Assembly (NCBI GenBank): GCA_950097015.1
Contig: CATNEN010000003.1
Span: 7,254,001 to 7,318,000, forward strand
Length of the DNA: 64,000 bases
Source of the DNA: Macrostomum hystrix
Lineage: Eukaryota > Animalia > Platyhelminthes
Direction of reading: 5' to 3'
In this document: piece by piece, positions 61,700 through 64,000 of the stretch
Layout of the letters: each line of letters starts with the position of its first letter
Position numbering within the stretch: position 1 is the first letter of the stretch
Translations under genes and position numbers: made by a program
Notes under the pieces: model-generated
What the model was told of the DNA's origin: nothing
The model's database searches: none
What the model saw: the letters and a program-made list of their open reading frames with translations, nothing else

Positions 61700-63735
61700 C
61701 TTTGTAGCTTTTGTTGTGGTCGTTTTTTAGCTTTCGTTGTGGTCGGTTTGTAGCTTTCGTTGTGGTCGTTTTGTAGCTTTCGTTGTGGTCGGTTTGTAGC
61801 TTTCGTTGTGGTCGGTTTGTAGCTTTCGTTGTGGTCGTTTTGTAGCTTTCGTTGTGGTCGTTTTGTAGCTTTCGTTGTGGTCGTTTTGTAGCTTTCGTAA
61901 TGGTCGTTTTGTAGCTTTCGTTGTGGTCGGTTTGTAGCTTTCGTTGTGGTCGTTTTGTAGCTTTCGTTGTGGTCGTTTTGTAGCTTTCGTAATGGTCGTT
62001 TTGTAGCTTTCGTTGTGGTCGGTTTGTAGCTTTCGTTGTGGTCGGTTTGTAGCTTTCGTAATGGTCGTGTCATTTCTTAGCTCTCGTAGTTGTCAATTTT
62101 AGCTTTTATTGTGGTTGCTTTGTTGCTTTCGATGTGGTCGTTTCTAGCTCTCATTCTTGCATGGTCGTGTCGTTTTGTAGCTCTGATTTGTGGTCGTGTC
62201 GTATTGTAGCTCTTGTTTGTCGTCATGTCGTTTGTAGCTCTTTTTGTGGTCGTGTTGTTATGCAGCTCTTATTTGTGGTCGTGTCATTGTAGTTCTTGTT
62301 TGTAGTCGTGTCATTGTAGCTCTTATTTATCGTCATGTCGTTTTTAGCTCTTTTTTGTGTGGTCGCGTGGTTTTGTAGCTCTTGTTTGTGGTCGTCTCGT
62401 TTTGTAGCTCTTATTTGTCGTCGTGTCGTTTTGTAGCTCTTGTTTGTGGTCGTGTCGTTTTGTAGCTCTTGTTTGTGGTCGTCTCGTTTTGTAGCTCTTG
62501 TTTGTGGTCGTCTCGTTTTGTAGCTCTTGTTTGTGGTCGTCTCGTTTTGTAGCTCTTATTTCTCGTCGTGTCGTTTTGTAGCTCTTGTTTGTGGTCGTCT
62601 CGTTTTGTAGCTCTTGTTTGTGGTCGTCTCGTTTTGTAGCTCTTGTTTGTGGTCGTCTCGTTTTGTAGCTCTTGTTTGTGGTCGTGTCGTTTCGTAGCTC
62701 TTATTTGGGTTCTATCGTTATCGTTTTGGTTGAGGTTGTAGCCTAGTAAGAGGTTGTAGCCTAGTAAGAGGTTGTAGCCTAGTTGTTAGGGCGTCGGACT
62801 CACGACTTGAAGGTCGGGGGTTCGATTCCCGACTCCACTGAAACAATTTGTGTCCTTTAGCAAGACACTTAACTATGCATTGCTTCAGTTCACCCAGCTC
62901 TTAAATGGGTACCAGGATTAGCTGGGATAATTGAAGGTGGATGTGGCGTCCCCCCAGTCCATGGACTGAACAGCTGTACGCAGCCTTCAGATGCGCCGCG
63001 CAATAGCTGCGGCTGTGCTGTCGGCTGCACATCTGGCCCGATTGGGGCAGGTGTAATCAATTATTATTAATTATTAATTATTATCGTTTTGTAACTCTTG
63101 TTTTTCGTGGTGTCGTTAAGTTCATCTTGTTTGTGGTCGTGTCGTTTTGTAGCTTTTGTTTGTCGTCATGTCGTTTGTAGCTCTTTTTGTGGTAGTGTCG
63201 TTTTGTAGCTCTTATTTGTAGTCGTGTCATATTGTAGCTCTAGTTTGTCGTCGTGTCGTTCTTTTGTTTGTCGTCATGTCGTTTGTAGCTCTTTTTGTGG
63301 TCGTGTCGTATTGCAGCTCTTGTTTGTCATCGTGTCGTTTTGTAGCTCTTGTTTGTGGTCGTGTTGTTTTGTAGCTCTTGTTTGTCGTCATGTCAGTTTG
63401 TAGCTCTTGTTTGTGGTCGTGTTGTTTTGTAGCTCTTGTTTGTCGTCATGTCAGTTTGTAGCTCTTGTTTGTGGTCGTGTTGTTTTGTAGCTCTTGTTTG
63501 TCGTCATGTCAGTTTGTAGCTCTTGTTTGTGGTCGTGTTGTTTTGTAGCTCTTGTTTGTCGTCATGTCAGTTTGTAGCTCTTGTTTGTGGTCGTGTTGTT
63601 TTGTAGCTCTTGTTTGTCATCATGTCGTTTTGTAGCTCTTGTTTGTGGTCGTGTTGTTTTGTAGCTCTTGTTTGTCGTCATGTCAGTTTTTTGCTTTTGT
63701 TTTAATCGTGTCATTTTGGTCGTGTGGTTTTGTAG
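61700..63735. repeat. 23-bp GTAGCTTTCGTTGTGGTCGTTTT array grading into a 29-bp GTAGCTCTTGTTTGTGGTCGTCTCGTTTT array (58-bp dimer at the right), interrupted by SINE A
   Basis: Tandem units on both sides of 62729-63080. Confidence 0.92.
62729..63080 (+). mobile_element. Full-length tRNA-derived CORE-type SINE (family A), inserted in a minisatellite
   Basis: A box TAGCCTAGTTG, B box GGTTCGATTCC; CORE-like GTGTCCTTTAGCAAGACACTTAAC...CAGTTCACCCAGCT...AAATGGGTACC; conserved 3' domain; (TTA)n tail; 11-bp TSD TTATCGTTTTG at 62718-62728 and 63081-63091. Confidence 0.88.
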
Positions 63736-64000
63736 ATACTGCTGCGTCGCTCTCGCTGTCGATCTATAGAAATCAGCAATAAATCACCATTGCTCATGCT
63801 AAATTATTCTAAAAGATGAGGTCAAAATTAAGTTCTAAAACGCAACATTTTTCAATCTATCTCCATAACATCTACCCTTTCATCTGTCGCCCCAAGCTAA
63901 AATAATTTCCATTTTCAATTTAGTCTCCTATTGAATTGAGTTAGGTAACATCGGGTATAATCGAATTACATACTTGAGTCCTCATCTCTGATTGAAGCGC

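Noticed and set aside
61260-61700. Decayed coding-like segment ending in CSQLVCFEC, possibly a piggyBac-type C-terminus
   Set aside because: In-frame stops, no TIR or TSD identified, and similarity too weak to call without a search.

Overview
Eukaryotic (metazoan) genomic DNA. A lophotrochozoan or flatworm-like origin is an inference from the GPCR type and the repeat landscape. About 45% of the window (hand estimate) consists of ~25 minisatellite arrays with 14-41 bp units, and these account for almost all long ORFs in the ORF track. Real coding content: (1) the 5' part of a minus-strand FERM-domain gene of the FARP/Cdep type, with nine phase-compatible GT-AG exons from 31250 down to ~1515, probably continuing off the left edge; (2) two single-exon, plus-strand, paralogous class A orphan GPCRs (44815-45987, 55091-56482). 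Mobile DNA: a tRNA-headed CORE-type SINE (6 copies), a second tRNA-headed SINE (5 copies or fragments), a hAT/Charlie-type MITE with a perfect 8-bp TSD and a minisatellite inside, and an internally deleted PIF/Harbinger element. The most unusual observations are: a minisatellite array within ~25-190 bp of 11 of 13 long-intron splice sites of the FARP gene; inverted arrays or SINEs bracketing exons 3-4 and exon 5; and both GPCRs having the class A sodium pocket rewired to E2.50/R3.39/E6.48/D7.45. No CRISPR array, rRNA or intact tRNA was found. Array boundaries are approximate.
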